This document shows, piece by piece, positions 39,551-52,325 of a stretch of 64,000 nt of DNA. The DNA is taken from contig CM052816.1 of assembly GCA_028534125.1 (NCBI GenBank), positions 29,948,001 to 30,012,000 on the forward strand, read 5' to 3'. Numbering within the stretch: the first letter of the stretch is position 1; every line of letters begins with the position of its first letter. The position numbers and the translations under genes are program-made. Origin of the DNA: Lama glama. Lineage: Eukaryota. Under the pieces are notes generated by a model that ran no database searches, was not told where the DNA came from, and was given only the letters and a program-made list of their open reading frames with translations.

Positions 39551-39769
39551 TCTCTACCTCTTGTAATAAGATTCTCTCTTACCCTCTTCCTCTCACCCTC
39601 ATCCCAAACCATTTACTTTATTCTAAAATATCTAATTTGTGCTCTGTGATTGATGGATATCTTGTTTGCATCCCTTTGCTAATGTCTTCTGTTCATAAAT
39701 GAATTGGACATTGTTGATCCAAGTATAACCACTTAGTTAAATTTATTCCTGTCCTTACATAATCTAATA

Positions 39770-40270
39770 GGACTGGATGCAAGATAGATCAATGGATTTT
39801 AATGTAACAGAATATGAAAAGTGTGCTAATATGATTTCAGATTCCTTGTTGCAACTAACCTTTGAGAAACTACCACTTGTCCACTTTGGGTTATATCAAA
39901 TAATAATATCCAAACAATTTTCTGACAAGGCTAGTAAATATTTACACAGCATATTACAGCAGAATGAATGCAGAAGCAGATATGAGCTATCTTGTATTAA
40001 ACCCCAATTCTAAGACGTTTGCAAGGAAAATGTAAAGCAATGTCGTTCTTGTCACTAAATTATTTTTGTTTGGAAATTATACATTTTTTCATAAAATATG
40101 TTTTATGTTAATATATAGCAATTTTATTATTGTTATTTTAAATAGAACAATAAATGAACATTTTTAATATCTCAGTTTTAATCTTCTATATAGTAAATAC
40201 AGATGGATATAACCCACATTAATAAAAGCTGTTTGGGATCCTCAATAACAAAAACATTGGAGAACCACTG
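39770..40270 (+). mobile_element. Charlie1-like hAT DNA transposon 3' portion
   Basis: gattttaatgtaacagaatatgaaaag...ttcagattcc..ttgcaactaacctttgagaaactaccacttgtc...ataacccaca...ttggagaaccactg terminus. Confidence 0.8.
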
Positions 40271-40399
40271 ATGTAGAAAATCCAGGGGGCCTTGGCATGA
40301 GATGATACTGATAACCTTTCCTCCTTTGTAGGAAATACAAAAATTATTAGGCCAAAATACTTGCTACCAAATCCAGACATCTCCATACAACTTTCCTGT

Positions 40400-41610
40400 T
40401 CAATCTCCCTTCCCTCGTTTATAGGGCATGAGATGTCCTGCTTTCTACCTAGGCTCTTCCTCGCCTGTGCTCTGAACCAGCCCCTGCACCTACTGTCCTG
40501 GGCCTGGTCCTCTGCTCATTTCCTCTCTTCTTTATCTTTATCCATCCTTTTGTGTTGGTTTCAGTCTTAACCATCCATTACACAGGTTTAGTTCTCTCAC
40601 ATCAAAACAATAGACACTTTGAAATTCTCACCTTTCTTCCAGTAGTATTTGCCACTGCTGGCTAGTTTTTTTCTTGTTTTTTTATGATACCACAGTCTCC
40701 TAATTTTCCGCTTACCTCTTGGAAAGCTTCTTTTACCCTGGTTGTCAGTTTCTGCTCTTCTAGCTTCCCCTTAAATATTGTTGTTCCTCGGGACTCAGTC
40801 TTGGAGTTTGCTCCTCTGTTTCTGCACTCTGTTTCTACAATCACATCTACCCCTTGACTTCACTGAATGTCTGGATGCTAATGACTCATATCTCTCCTTT
40901 CCACCTGACCCTTACTCTTGAGTTTGAGTCCCATGTATGGCAGTGATTTATGCAACATTGTTCCTAGGATGTCCCCACAGCATTTGAAACTCAGCCTGTT
41001 CAGAACTCAACTAAACATCTTTTAAACACTGTCCTCAGTAAGCATCATAGAAATTAGAAGCATGGACTCTGAAATAGTGTGGCCAGCTCAAATCTTGGCT
41101 CCAGCACTTACTGGCTGTGTGAGTTAGAGCAAACTACTTATCTTCTATGCTGCAGTTTCCTAATCTGTATAATGTGAATAATAACAGCTGTACATACCTC
41201 AGAATTTAATCGTATTAATGAGGCTATATGTCGAAGGCTGAGAATACTGCCAGACAAATAGAAAATACCAATGAATGTCAGCTAGAATTCTCTACCTCTA
41301 TGCTCCAACCTGAAACCTGGGTGTCATTCCTGAAATCGCCAGCTCCCTAGCCCCCTTCCATTTGCATCCAACCAGTCCCTAAATCCTAGTGATTTTTCTG
41401 ACTAATGATTTCTAAAATCTGCTTATGCATCGCTGTTGCCATTATGACAACCTTCAGCCCATATCTGGATGGAACTCACCCCAGTGATTGATTTTCCTAG
41501 TCTCCTCCTGCCCCCTCTTAGACAGTCTCTACAATACAGCCAAAATATTTGTTACCAACAAATTGATCATATCGTCATTCATAAAATTCAGTAATGGCTC
41601 CATCATGAAT
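40400..41610 (+). mobile_element. Degraded L2 fragments, interrupted by a MIR
   Basis: gttcctcgggactcagtccttgg...gctaatgactc...gatgtccccacagcatttgaaactcagcctgttc...cctgggtgtcattcctga. Confidence 0.65.
41045..41285 (+). mobile_element. MIR SINE
   Basis: agaagcatggactctg...tcaaatcttggctccagcacttactggctgtgtga...cagtttcctaatctgtataatg. Confidence 0.85.
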
Positions 41611-42646
41611 GCCAGGAGTGTGGCTGAGCTCTCCTAATACTGGGATCTTGAGATGAAAGACACTGCGAGCTGAGCTGCTGCAGGACTCCTCCAAGGAGAG
41701 AAGAAGAGAAAGCATCGCACTCTGCCCACAACCCCACCATGAGGCTCCTAAAATCTGAAGAGGGGGCTCTGTCCTGTATTCTTTTTTTCCTGATGATTCT
41801 TAATTCAAAAACTCTGATGTGAGCTTGGAATAATTAAGGGGAGTCTAAATAGAAACAGAGGAGTCAGGTAATCAGTCAAGTGGGGAGATGTGGCCTGGAG
41901 AAACAAGAAAGTTAAAGGCTAATTGTATTATCTCTTTGCAATCTTCATGCTCAGTGATAGAGCTTACCAATGGAAAACTTCAAATTAAAGACTAAGTTCC
42001 CATTTAATTGCTACTATTTACTGTTTAAATGTTAGCACTGTAAAACTAAAAGAAAAAGAAAAAAAGATTTTTCAGTTGAGAATTTCACCTAGAGCCTTGT
42101 GTCCACTCAAGAGAGCTATTTCAGAATGAAATAGACCAGAGTGTTTGGCCTCCTGGCGTGCTTTCCTAAAAATTAAACCAGCTGCCTTCGGCAGCCATTT
42201 CAAAGACATTTCCTGTTTGAAGCAGTCTGCCCCCTCAATGGGAGAGGATGTAGCTGATTATCTTCCTATAAACAAGGAAAAGACCTTCAGGTGGTCTGAC
42301 TTGGAAGGAGAACCTGGCTGTGGGAGAGAGAGGAAGCTTTGGGGCTAAGAGAAAAAGGCGTGGAGGAAGCCAGAGGAAGGAAATTTAGATCATAAAATGA
42401 ACTGGAAAAGATCCAAACAAGATGCAGTGGGAAAGTACTGCTGGCATTACTCATTCTGGGAACACTGGGCACCTTTGGCAGGTGAAGGACAGAAGGTCCT
42501 TGTCTCATCAAACAAGCTGGTATTGGGTACTTCTCAGGAAAACGTCAGACTCAGGGTGCACTAGCAAGACACTTTATTGTGAGTGTTTTGAATATTTTGG
42601 GTAGTACCTAAAGCAGGATATAAAGTAGAGGAGATCCAGAGCTATC

Positions 42647-43426
42647 TGAGAAAAAATGCACTAGGTGTAGTTAAACAGGCAAGAGAGACTTTATTCAAGA
42701 ATATTGCACTAGGATAGATTGAACTCAGCTACCCTGGAATGAAAGGCAGGAGTGCTTTAAGTGCTAAGATGAACTAGCGATAATTCCTGGAAGACCTCTG
42801 GGAGGAGGCTGGTCAATGTGCTTAGGCCACCTGTGTTTGCTAATTGGTGCTTATTGAAGTTAAGCTCCTATACTTCCACAGAGACCAGGATTATGTTTCA
42901 AAGGGAAGGCTCCCAGGTCCTTGAGAAGACATTCCTGGCTTGTAATACTGGCAAGAGGCTTTTTTTTTTTAAATTGAAGTATGGAGAATTTACAATGTTG
43001 TGTCAGTTTCTGGCGTACAGCATAATAGCTCAGTCATACATATACATACATATATTCATTTCCATACTCTTTTTCATTATAAGTTGCTACAAGAAACTGA
43101 ATATAGTTTCCTGTGCTATATAGTAGGACCTTGTTGTTTATCTCTTTTATATATAGTCGTTAATATCTGCAAATCTGGAACTCCCAATTTATCCCTTGAC
43201 ACTCCCTTCCCCTACTGGTAACCATAAATTTGTTTTCTATGTCTGTGAGTTGCCAAGAATTTTTTAGAAAGATTTACTCAAAGGGGTAGGGAAAGACTTT
43301 ATTATACTACAAAGTTTTCTGAAGTAAATGCTGTAAGTAAAGGGAGGTCAGAGACCTCTAGTGAGGAAGAAGCCCCTCTAAAATTTAGTAAAACTGAGGG
43401 GAATGTTAAGTCCATCTTGGTCTACA
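42647..43426 (-). mobile_element. ERV1 solo LTR (MER31/MER67-like), split by an L1 3' end
   Basis: Minus strand begins tgtagaccaagatggacttaacattcccctcagttttactaaattttaga; minus AATAAA near 42689; ggctcccaggtccttgagaaga motif. Confidence 0.7.
42960..43250 (-). mobile_element. Short L1 3' end
   Basis: Poly(T) then aattgaagtat...tttacaatgttgtgtcagtttctggcgtacag...ctgtgctatatagtaggaccttgttg...ggtaaccataaatttgttttctatgtctgtgagt; flanked by tg(g/c)caaga. Confidence 0.88.
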
Positions 43427-43594
43427 GGTTAGCTGTCTGATTGTGTTTAAGAGACCAGTCAGATCAGGTGAAGATACAAAAATGGTTGCCTCCTGAAAGT
43501 CAACTCACTGAATTAAAGCATAAAGGGAATGGATTGGTTCATGTAACTGAAACTTCCAGGTAAAGTTTGGTTTGGTCCAGGGCAGAAAAAGTTT

Positions 43595-44226
43595 TGTAAA
43601 TGAGCAGGACCCTATGGTGCCTTCCTGAGACAGATCCCCCCAGGTCTTCCACTTGCCTCTTGTTTGTAGAAAAACTCTAGCCTCCTAGGTCTTCCCTAAG
43701 TTCCAAAGAATAAATTTAATCAGAGAAGTGAGAAAATGCAGAAGCAAAGGAAGACAGTCAAGCTAGACAAAAGAGTAAGAGTTTACCATTAAACAAACTC
43801 AAGGACCTTTTAGTTCCTCTTCAAGGGCTACAGGTAATATCCTGAGCCATGTCCTTTGAACTGTTTTGCAAATATTGAAATCCCCACTAGATGGAAGAAG
43901 TTAACTGTATGCTTCCCCAAGCATATAGACCTCAGTCAGGCTGGAACCAGAAGGTTGATGATGTTGACTCCCCACTACCTCACATTAACCACTCAGAAGA
44001 GTGTCCATGACCAACTGATCATGCACCCTGCAACACTCTCCCTCACCTTGTCTTTAAAAACCTTTCCCTGAAAGCCATTAAGGAGTTCAGATATTTTAAG
44101 CACCAGCTGCCTAGAGTCCTTGCTTGGTGTCCTGCAGTAAACACTACTTTCCTTCACCACAACCCACTGTCAGTAGATTAGCATCACTGTGCAAGGGTGA
44201 GTGGACCCAAGTCTGGTTTAGTAATA
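43595..44226 (+). mobile_element. ERV1 solo LTR (artiodactyl type), inserted in an older MaLR-like remnant
   Basis: TG start, ends ...gtaata (mutated CA), perfect 4-bp TSD gttt (43591-43594, 44227-44230), TATA-like tttaaaa then AGTAAA signal; 632 bp. Confidence 0.85.
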
Positions 44227-44524
44227 GTTTCTTTTTCTCAGTATTACTCCTTAGTGTCTCTGATCCTGACACCAGCGTGAGAGTTCTCCCCTTAGAGTTC
44301 CCAGTTGGCTGCCAGCAGTTTTCAGGGCTAAGACATTCTTCTCCACATCCAACAGAAAGAGCGTTTTAGTAGCAACTCAAGAAAGGGAAGGAGTTTTTCC
44401 TTCCCAGAAGCCCAACAGAAATCTCCTTGTGTCCTGCTGGGCTCTTGTTGAGTCACACGTTTATGCACGAAGTGATCGCATGGCCAGGGAGATGGACTTC
44501 GCTGACCTTGAGGTAGGGGTAGAT

Positions 44525-44995
44525 TCCATCAGTTTGCTTGGGCTGCCATAACGAAGTATCGCGAAGTGCGTGGCTTCAAATAACGGAAACTGATTCTCTC
44601 ACAGTATTGTAGGCTGGAAGTTCAAAATCAGGGTGTTGGTAAGATTACGCTTTCTTGAAGGCTTTAGGGGAGAATTTGTGGCATGCCTTTCTCTTGGCTT
44701 CTGGTGTTGCCAGCCGTCCTTGGTATTCTTTGGTTTGCAGCTGTGTAATTCCAATCTCTATCTCTGCTGCTACGTGTAATTTTTCTTCACGTGCCTGTGT
44801 CCAAATTTCCCCCTTTTATTAAAGATACCAGTTAGATTAGGGCTTACCCTAGTGATCTCATCTTACTTGATGATATCTGCAAAGACTATTTCCAAATAAG
44901 GTCACATTCACAGGTACCTGTGAAGGTTAGGACTTCAACATAACTTTTTGTGTGGCTGTGTGTGTTTATGTGTGGCCATAATTCAACCCATTACA
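44525..44995 (-). mobile_element. MaLR LTR (MLT1B/C-like)
   Basis: gggctgccataac...ctctcacagt...aggctggaagttcaaaatcagggtgttgg...ttccaaataaggtcacattcacaggtacc...attcaaccc. Confidence 0.85.
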
Positions 44996-45099
44996 GGATG
45001 AATTCAAACTTATCAAAGCATCTTTGGTTTTAGAAGGGGTAAATGGATGCTGCAGAGGCAATTGAAAACATCCCTATATTATTGTTAAAAATAGTCATA

Positions 45100-47023
45100 A
45101 TTTTAGGCATTCTGCTCTCTGATTTCCACCTCCTATTTCAGGAGTTCTCTTTCTCTAAAATTTCTACTCCAGTCATTCTGCTTATGGGATCTCCTATCCA
45201 TTGACCCCACCGCTTCACTTCCCTCTCTGGCATGGATTTCAAGATTCTCATTATAATCACTCTCCTGCACATGCCCTCAACATACTTGACCTCCTTCCCT
45301 TAGTGAAATGCATTGTCCAGCCCCATGACCCTGGCTAAATCTGACTCTTCATTGGTGCTGCACCTGGACCTGAGCCTCTGAACATGGATGGAAAAAACAC
45401 ACCGAAATGCTGACTGGTCTCACTTGTAATTTATGACCACAAACCTCAAATGGCCTCTCAATACTGCTCAGCCATCCTGTTATATACATATTTCCCTTAT
45501 TGATTTACTCTTCCACTTTCTGAAATACCTCTTTCACATCTTCCCCTTTCTTCAAACCTCCTATACTTCCCTCACAATCTAAATGGCCACCTAATGCTCT
45601 TGTTTCTTATTCATTGATAAAAAAAGAAGAAAACAGAATGGAACCTTTTAATCCACCAATATGCCCATAACTGTACTGATATACTTTGCTGCCTCTCCTG
45701 GAACAGTGGGTAAACTGTCTGTACCACCACCGAAGGCCAACGTGTTTAGCTGTGCTCTCTGCTCCTGCCATTCCCCTCCTCCCAGCACCATCTCCTTTCA
45801 TCTCTAGGATCATTTCCAAAAGCATATAATATGCTATAATATATCCATTATTCGGAAAGTTTTCACCTGTCTTTATATCCCTCTAAAGGTATTTGCTCGT
45901 TTTGCTGCTTCCTGTTAGAACAAAACTCCGTGAAAGAGCTAGACTCCACCAGTCTCCACTGTCACTCCAACTAGATTTTCATGACAGGACCCTACCTAAG
46001 CAGCTCTTGTAAGGTCCTCACCCCCTCTGCCTTGCCAAATCCACCAGCCAGTCTTAGTCCTTATCTTCCCTGTCCTCTTGGCAACTTTTGGTACACTGGT
46101 TCACTTCCTTCTTTTGGAAATACTTTCTCCACTTCTGGGAAACACACGTTCTGGGAGCGCATTTGCAGTTCTACCACGTGCCTGAGAAGCACACCACCCC
46201 ACTGCCACTCCTCTCACTGCCTCCCTCTTCCCAACGTCTCAGTATTGAAGTGCCCCAGAGTGCGGTCCAGCCTTCCATTCTCTCCAGCTGGACTCACTCC
46301 TTAGCTTTCTATGTCTTTGGCTTTCTATGTCATCTAAGTGCTGATGACTCCTGAATTTTTGTCTCCTGCCCTTAACCTCTACCCTGAACCCTAAATTCAT
46401 TCATCTAGCTGCCTATTTGACATTCCATTTTGATCTCTGCTAAGCATCACAAATTATTATGCCCCACACAGAGCTCTTGATATCTGGCAATCCTTTTCCT
46501 TTCTCAGTCAGCCCCTTCGTTTGATGACAGCAACACACGGTTATTTGTATAGAGTCATCCTTGGTTCTTCCCATTCTGTTACACTTCACTTTCAGTCTAC
46601 CAACAAAACTTCCCAGGTCTACTATCAAAATATATCCTGGGGGAAAAAAAGGATATCCTGAATCCAGTCACTCTGACCATATCCAGTTATTTCCCCAGCA
46701 GCCAAAATCTTTTTTTTTTCAGGTGTTTAATTGGATATGATTCCCTGATTACCAATCTTCCAATGACTGGAGTATTGTCCAAAGTCCTTATCATGGCTCC
46801 TGAGGTTTCTCATGATTTAGCCACTGTTCTCCTTTTTCATCTCATCTACTGTTTCTCTTACCGCTACCACTGGTTCCCTCGATCACTCTAACCTCCTTTG
46901 TTTTTCTTTCATAGCATTTAACACTTCCTGAGTAGCATATTATAGATTTTTTTTCACTGCTGTATCCTTCACACCTAGAACAGTGCCTGGCAAGTAGAAT
47001 GTACTCAATAAATATAGCTTGAA
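45100..47023 (+). mobile_element. Long L2 LINE remnant (ORF2 3' part plus 3' end)
   Basis: Pyrimidine-rich L2 motifs (ttataatcactctc, tgactggtctcactt, ttgccaaatcca, gtgccccag, tgctgatgactcc) ending cctagaacagtgcctggca...actcaataaatat. Confidence 0.8.
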
Positions 47024-47054
47024 CTATAGTGTTAATATTACCAACCACTCTTAT

Positions 47055-47245
47055 CTGCATTTTATATATGCCATGTGCTTATTTAGTAATAGTAACAGTT
47101 CTATGGTGTAACATCTATCACTAGTCCCATTTAAGGGATTAGGAAATTTAGACTGACTCAATGTCACACGGCTACTAAGTGGTTGAGACTGACTTTAAAC
47201 CCTGGCTGTTGGTTTTCAGAGCCTTGCTCTTGAGTGTTCTACCTC
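47055..47245 (-). mobile_element. MIR SINE
   Basis: cccatttaagggattaggaaa...gtcacacggctactaagtgg...gactttaaaccctggctg. Confidence 0.7.
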
Positions 47246-49049
47246 TCCCAATGCCATACTGTCCATCCTCAATTTCAAATCATACTATGAAGTCCGAGAA
47301 GTGAAAGTGGAGATTACTCGTGCAAGTGTACCTGCACATTTGTGCACCATCCTGCAGCCTTCACCTTCCAAACCCAGTCTCCAGGTCCTTGTTGCATTAC
47401 TCCCTGAAGACATTTTGCCTCTGTTTTGTCTTTTACATTTGCTTCCAGGTGCCCCTGACACAGCCTGTTAACTCTTTTAGGAGTTTTTGTGCTTTTTATT
47501 TCCCTGGGCTTGTCAGGTCAAAGGCTGATTCTCACTTTCCCACTGTTACCATATTTTCATTGCCACAAAGATGTGAATGCATACCTTCATGTATATGGGA
47601 ATGCATTTAGATTAAAGAAATTGAGCTACCATAAACATTGTGAACATCGGCTATAACCAGTAAGACAGCAGACCTGCACTAGAGACTCAACCACTATAAG
47701 ATTAATTAGTAAATAACTGCCCAAAAACATGAGTAGCCCCGTTTTTCACTTTTTAAAATAAACTTAGTATCAGTTGTTGCTTCAAGAGAAACTTGACTTG
47801 TGATTAATGGAAATTGATTTATATGTTAAATTGTATTAAAAAATGCTCTTTATTTGTGAATCTTGCTTGTAGGTAAGCACGGGAGTGATTTGGAGAAAAT
47901 TTCATGTCCTATGTGTGCCTGAAATTCTATTTTTTAGGAAGAGCTAGAAGTGGAAAGACCAGGCAGCTATTGCAGGAGCCAGTTAGCATTACTTCCTCCA
48001 CTGCCTGTCTTTTTACAGCAGAAGCTGTGCAGTGTTGCCCTACTCTTAAGTTGAGTGTTTAACTTTATTCCACTTACCATTCTGCAGAATGTTCACTAGA
48101 TTTGTGTTTTATTCTGTAGATGGAAAATAACCCTTTAGGCTATTTTTAAAATTACACATTCTCTTTGAGCTTGAAGGCAGCTCACTTACCGTTGTTTATG
48201 CTGAAAACCTCTTCTTTCAGAGGACTTTCTCTCGATTCCCTTGGATAATTAAATAACTGGCCTCGCTCACGGCTTTTTTGGCCCTGGAGGCTTGCCCTGT
48301 TTCTGTAACTGATTTTGGTGCAGATCTTAAGATAAAACCACCTTTCCACTTGGCTTTCCAGTTTCCTTAGATAATACGTGTGAAGGGCCAGTGGACCCCA
48401 ATGGATGAGTCAATTGTGAAGTGAACTAAAAAGCTAAATGAGGGCATCTCTCATTTGTCTTTGAAGAGGAAGCATTGACAATATTGTTAATAAATGCAAA
48501 CCAGTGGCTCTGTCTTCTAAAGAAATGATTCTCATGATCTGTGAATACTGTGGCTTATTTCCTCAGGACTGTCCACTATTTTTCTACTTAGCTTTCTAAA
48601 AGAATGATATTCTTGTGTTCTTCTGGCAACACACAGAATCATAGTTTAATGCATATCCTCTCTGGCACGTGCACACACACGTTCACGGACTCAGGAATAC
48701 AGCTATCCTGACACTCTCTGGGCCAAAGTTGAGAATGAATTAGTTGGAATCAGTCTGCCAACAACAGGGACTACAAATCTGCTGATTCACTCAGTTCTTG
48801 AGGAAAAATCAATTGTGTCAAATCATCTTGCAGTGTGATAGGAAACATTGTGTGTACAAGTCAATTCAATATAAATTTAGTACTTTGTATTTGACACTGC
48901 TTGACAGTGAGCTAGAGTTGACTTTCTGGCACCATAAGACAGGCATGATGGGCTGCATTCCCATCATTTTACTCCAACATACTAGCATTTCCACCACCAC
49001 CACCACTGCCCCTGCCACAGCGACCTCTACTTCTGCTTCTGCAACTGCT

Positions 49050-49260
49050 AGATAACTTTTATAAGGCACTCAGTATATGACAGGTGCTGTTCTGATCATT
49101 TCCATGTAATACAAGAGCTCTTATGATATAGGAACTCTTAATATGTCTATTTTATAAATGTATTAATCAAAGCACAAAGCACAATCTAAGTCACATAGCT
49201 AGTAGCAGAAGAGCGGGAATATAAATTCTAATTCCAAACCTCTGCACACCCAGTACTTGA
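49050..49260 (-). mobile_element. MIR SINE, preceded by low-complexity tract (48990-49050)
   Basis: ggcactcagtatatgacaggtgctgttct...aagtcacatagctagtag.agaagagcgggaat. Confidence 0.65.
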
Positions 49261-49669
49261 CTTCTTGTGAATAATACCAGATATGGAGTTGATGCATCAA
49301 AAGAACGTTTCCTTTGTATATTTTATGTGTTAGTTGTGTAAGCAGTTGGAATGACTGGCCAGCATGAGCTTCATATACAATCATATTGCTTTATTTTTTC
49401 AATTAATTGTGTGAGATTGCCCACTCTTATCAGTGGACTGTCTCATACCACTGAGGCCTTCCCTCCTCACTCTCTCTAACTGTCCAAGATCCTAAGAGGT
49501 ATACTCAGTCCCATAGGGGTGGCTCATCTTCCAAACACTGAGTAGACCATTGGGTTATGAACTCAGTGCTCTCCTGCTTGCTGTTCCTCCTCAGTGCCAC
49601 CTGGTATGGCTTTTGATGGCTGGTCTCCATCACACACACAGCTCTGCTCTGTCTCCTGCTCTAGTTATG

Positions 49670-49960
49670 TCTCACCAGTTCATTCATTCAGCAGCTGTTT
49701 TTAGTGACCACATACTATGTGCCAGGCCCTGGGCTGGGCTACCAGCTGGACTACAAAGAAGGTCAGGAGGCAAACTCCCTCTTTATGGAGCTTACTCTAG
49801 TGAGAAAGGTTGACAGTAAACAAAAAAGCCAATAATTATGTAAAATATCCACAAATCATTATTAGTGCTTGAAGAAAAGAAGCAGGAAATAAGGGGTGCA
49901 AGTCTATCAGACCTAATCAGGGAGGACATTTGTAAGGAGGTGTCATTTCAACTAAGACCT
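49670..49960 (-). mobile_element. L2 3' end
   Basis: ttcattcattcagca...tactatgtgccaggccctgggctggg...ggagcttactctagtg...aggaggtgtcatttcaactaagacct. Confidence 0.8.
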
Positions 49961-49964
49961 ACAG

Positions 49965-50100
49965 TTACAAAAATGTTCCAAAAATAGATTTTGGTGATGG
50001 TTGCACAACTCTGAATATACTAAAGACATGTTGAATTGTACACTTTGGCCTGGTGAACATTATGGTATGTAAAGTATGTATCAATGAAACTGCTTGCAAA
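49965..50100 (+). mobile_element. Old L1M 3' end fragment
   Basis: ggtgatggttgcacaactctgaatatactaaa...tgaattgtacacttt...tatggtatgt. Confidence 0.8.
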
Positions 50101-50129
50101 AATCAGATATTGACATCCAGCAGAGATAA

Positions 50130-50730
50130 GAAGTAGACTGCTCCGTATTTTCATTTTCGTACCCTTTGAGGATTCTGTTGTATAAGTTGGGTAGATTCTC
50201 AGTTTTCCCCACTGCTTTGCGATTTGGCCTTCTTGAGTGGGTTATCAGTTGTGTATCTGCATTATAGCTTTCATATTTCTACTGGTGTTTTCTGTTTGTT
50301 GTTTCCTACCCCTATGAGTTTATGCCCTTAAAGAAAGTCCCTTTGCTATGGTTTTCATGAAGCAAAATTAGTTGTATTTATTCAATCTGGACTCTTAGTT
50401 AAGAACTCCTATGATATTTTCTACATAGTTACTGTTTGCACATATGAAAGCTTTTGTTCTGTATGCCAATGACTTTACTTAATTTTATCACTTCTAACAG
50501 TTTTTCAATTTTCTTGGGTATTCTGAATATATGACTGTATCAAGTGCATATCATGGCCATGCCTAAATCTTGCCAATATTTATTTTTATTTCTCTTGGCT
50601 AGTATATTTAGAAAAAGTGAAATAGTAATGATAACAGTGTATGTCTTTGATTTCTGTTTGCTAAAGGTTAATGAGAATGCTTCAAAGATTTCACCAGAAA
50701 GCATGATGGCTTGGTTTGAAATCTATCTTT
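50130..50730 (-). mobile_element. Highly degraded ancient L1 (L1ME-like) fragment
   Basis: ttttcttgggtattct...ttggctagtatatttagaaaa..tgaaatagtaatgataacagtg...aatgagaatgcttcaaagatttcacca. Confidence 0.55.
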
Positions 50731-52325
50731 ACAAAAAGCCAGAACAAACCACCACCATGACAAACTGAGATCTGAATGATGGGATAAGCCAGTCACAGAA
50801 AGAGGCAGGGGGAAAGCATTTCATCCAGTGGTTAAGTCAAGAAAAAGAAGGGAGACCAGTGTGGTGGAGCTTGGTGACCATGGGGAAGAGTGGATGGGGT
50901 GGAGTTGCAGAGGTAGGCATGCTTGACCATGTCGTGATTTCTAGAACACAGCAGCAGGGTAAACACCGAGGAGATTAATTCCTTGCCATTTCTGGTTAAC
51001 CGCTTAGCTTTCATGACATATGAACCTGCACTGGTCATCTCTGCTTCTAGCTCTCAGATCTGCCACATCCACTGCTGATGCTCCCCCTCTGATGGCCTGG
51101 ATTAGCTCCCACCTTGGGCAGTGGTGGGGGCTGAGACAGGGAACACAGCTGTTTCTCTGAAGCCCGGCTGTGGCTCTCATTTTATCATTGGCTTGGGCAG
51201 TCTGCCTGTGGTCTTCGGCTGCAGGGCCACTTTATCCTTCACTGAGTGACTGTTCTCCCCACCTCCACTCCCTGCTGCCAGTCCATTGATGAGCTCACAG
51301 CCAGGACCCTCAGCTATCCTCTGCATCCTCCTTGAAGTGTGCAGGAATATGTCTCTGCTTAACTACATCACACTGTACTTTCTACTTTGCTGTTGCCATT
51401 CTTTTGTGAGTCTTTCTTAAGACACTTGATAATTTTTTAAGTTACCCTTTAGGAAGTAAGACAGAAGCCAAGCCCTCTGCTTGGGCCAGAATTTTCTAAT
51501 TGTTTTTGACATTACCGTTCTTGATTTTCAACCTGGGGTGTGGGAAGCCAGGCAAATCATTTGACCTTTACCTGCTCTCTTGCTCTCTTCTCCCCCGCCA
51601 AGTCCTAAAAGGACATTTTACTCACATGTGAAGATATTGCACATTTTTTCCTACCACCTGCCTCTCTGCCCTGTGGCTTCCAGGGGAGCTTTGCATCTAG
51701 ACCTCCTTGCTTTTGACGCATGAAATGAAACTTTGGTGAGGTCGAGGACCCTTTTCTTTCTCAACAAATACTAGCTATGTTATCAGAAATAGTCTAAGTG
51801 GAAACAGAAAGCTGAGTGATAATTTCTAAGGTCTAGACTGGGTTCAGGTCTTTTTGTGGAAGACTCATGCCCTAGAGTCAATGTGTAGTTAGCCATAGGG
51901 AGTGGGGCAAAATGATTTACATGAAACAAAACAATTATCATAATGAAGACATTACCAGTTTAATGTCTTAACAGTATTATTCCTATTAGACTGTGTGGAG
52001 AAGGTTTTGGGGCTAAGTCAGGCTAACTGGCTGAATGCCGGGCCTGATCCGCACGCCGAGTTATTGGCACAGCTGATGCGCAGTGGGCTTTTGGTGCTTA
52101 TCTAACTTACACTACTGTTTAGTAGAACCCGCAGGTGTTGGCGCGTCTGCCCTTTTCCAGTTAGCTCTTGTACCTCAAGAGGAAACTGAGACTACTCCTA
52201 CTCCCGTCTCACACTCCGAAAATAGATATGAATTACTTTTATTCAATCATGGCAATTCTACTCTAGTTGTGGCATCTTTTCAGTAATCTACCCTTAAGCC
52301 ATTGGTGCATTTCCCCAGGTGATTT

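Noticed and set aside
12408..43250. Four short L1 3' ends as a possible new SINE-like family
   Set aside because: Their 5' endpoints differ and none has a Pol III head; ordinary 5' truncation explains them
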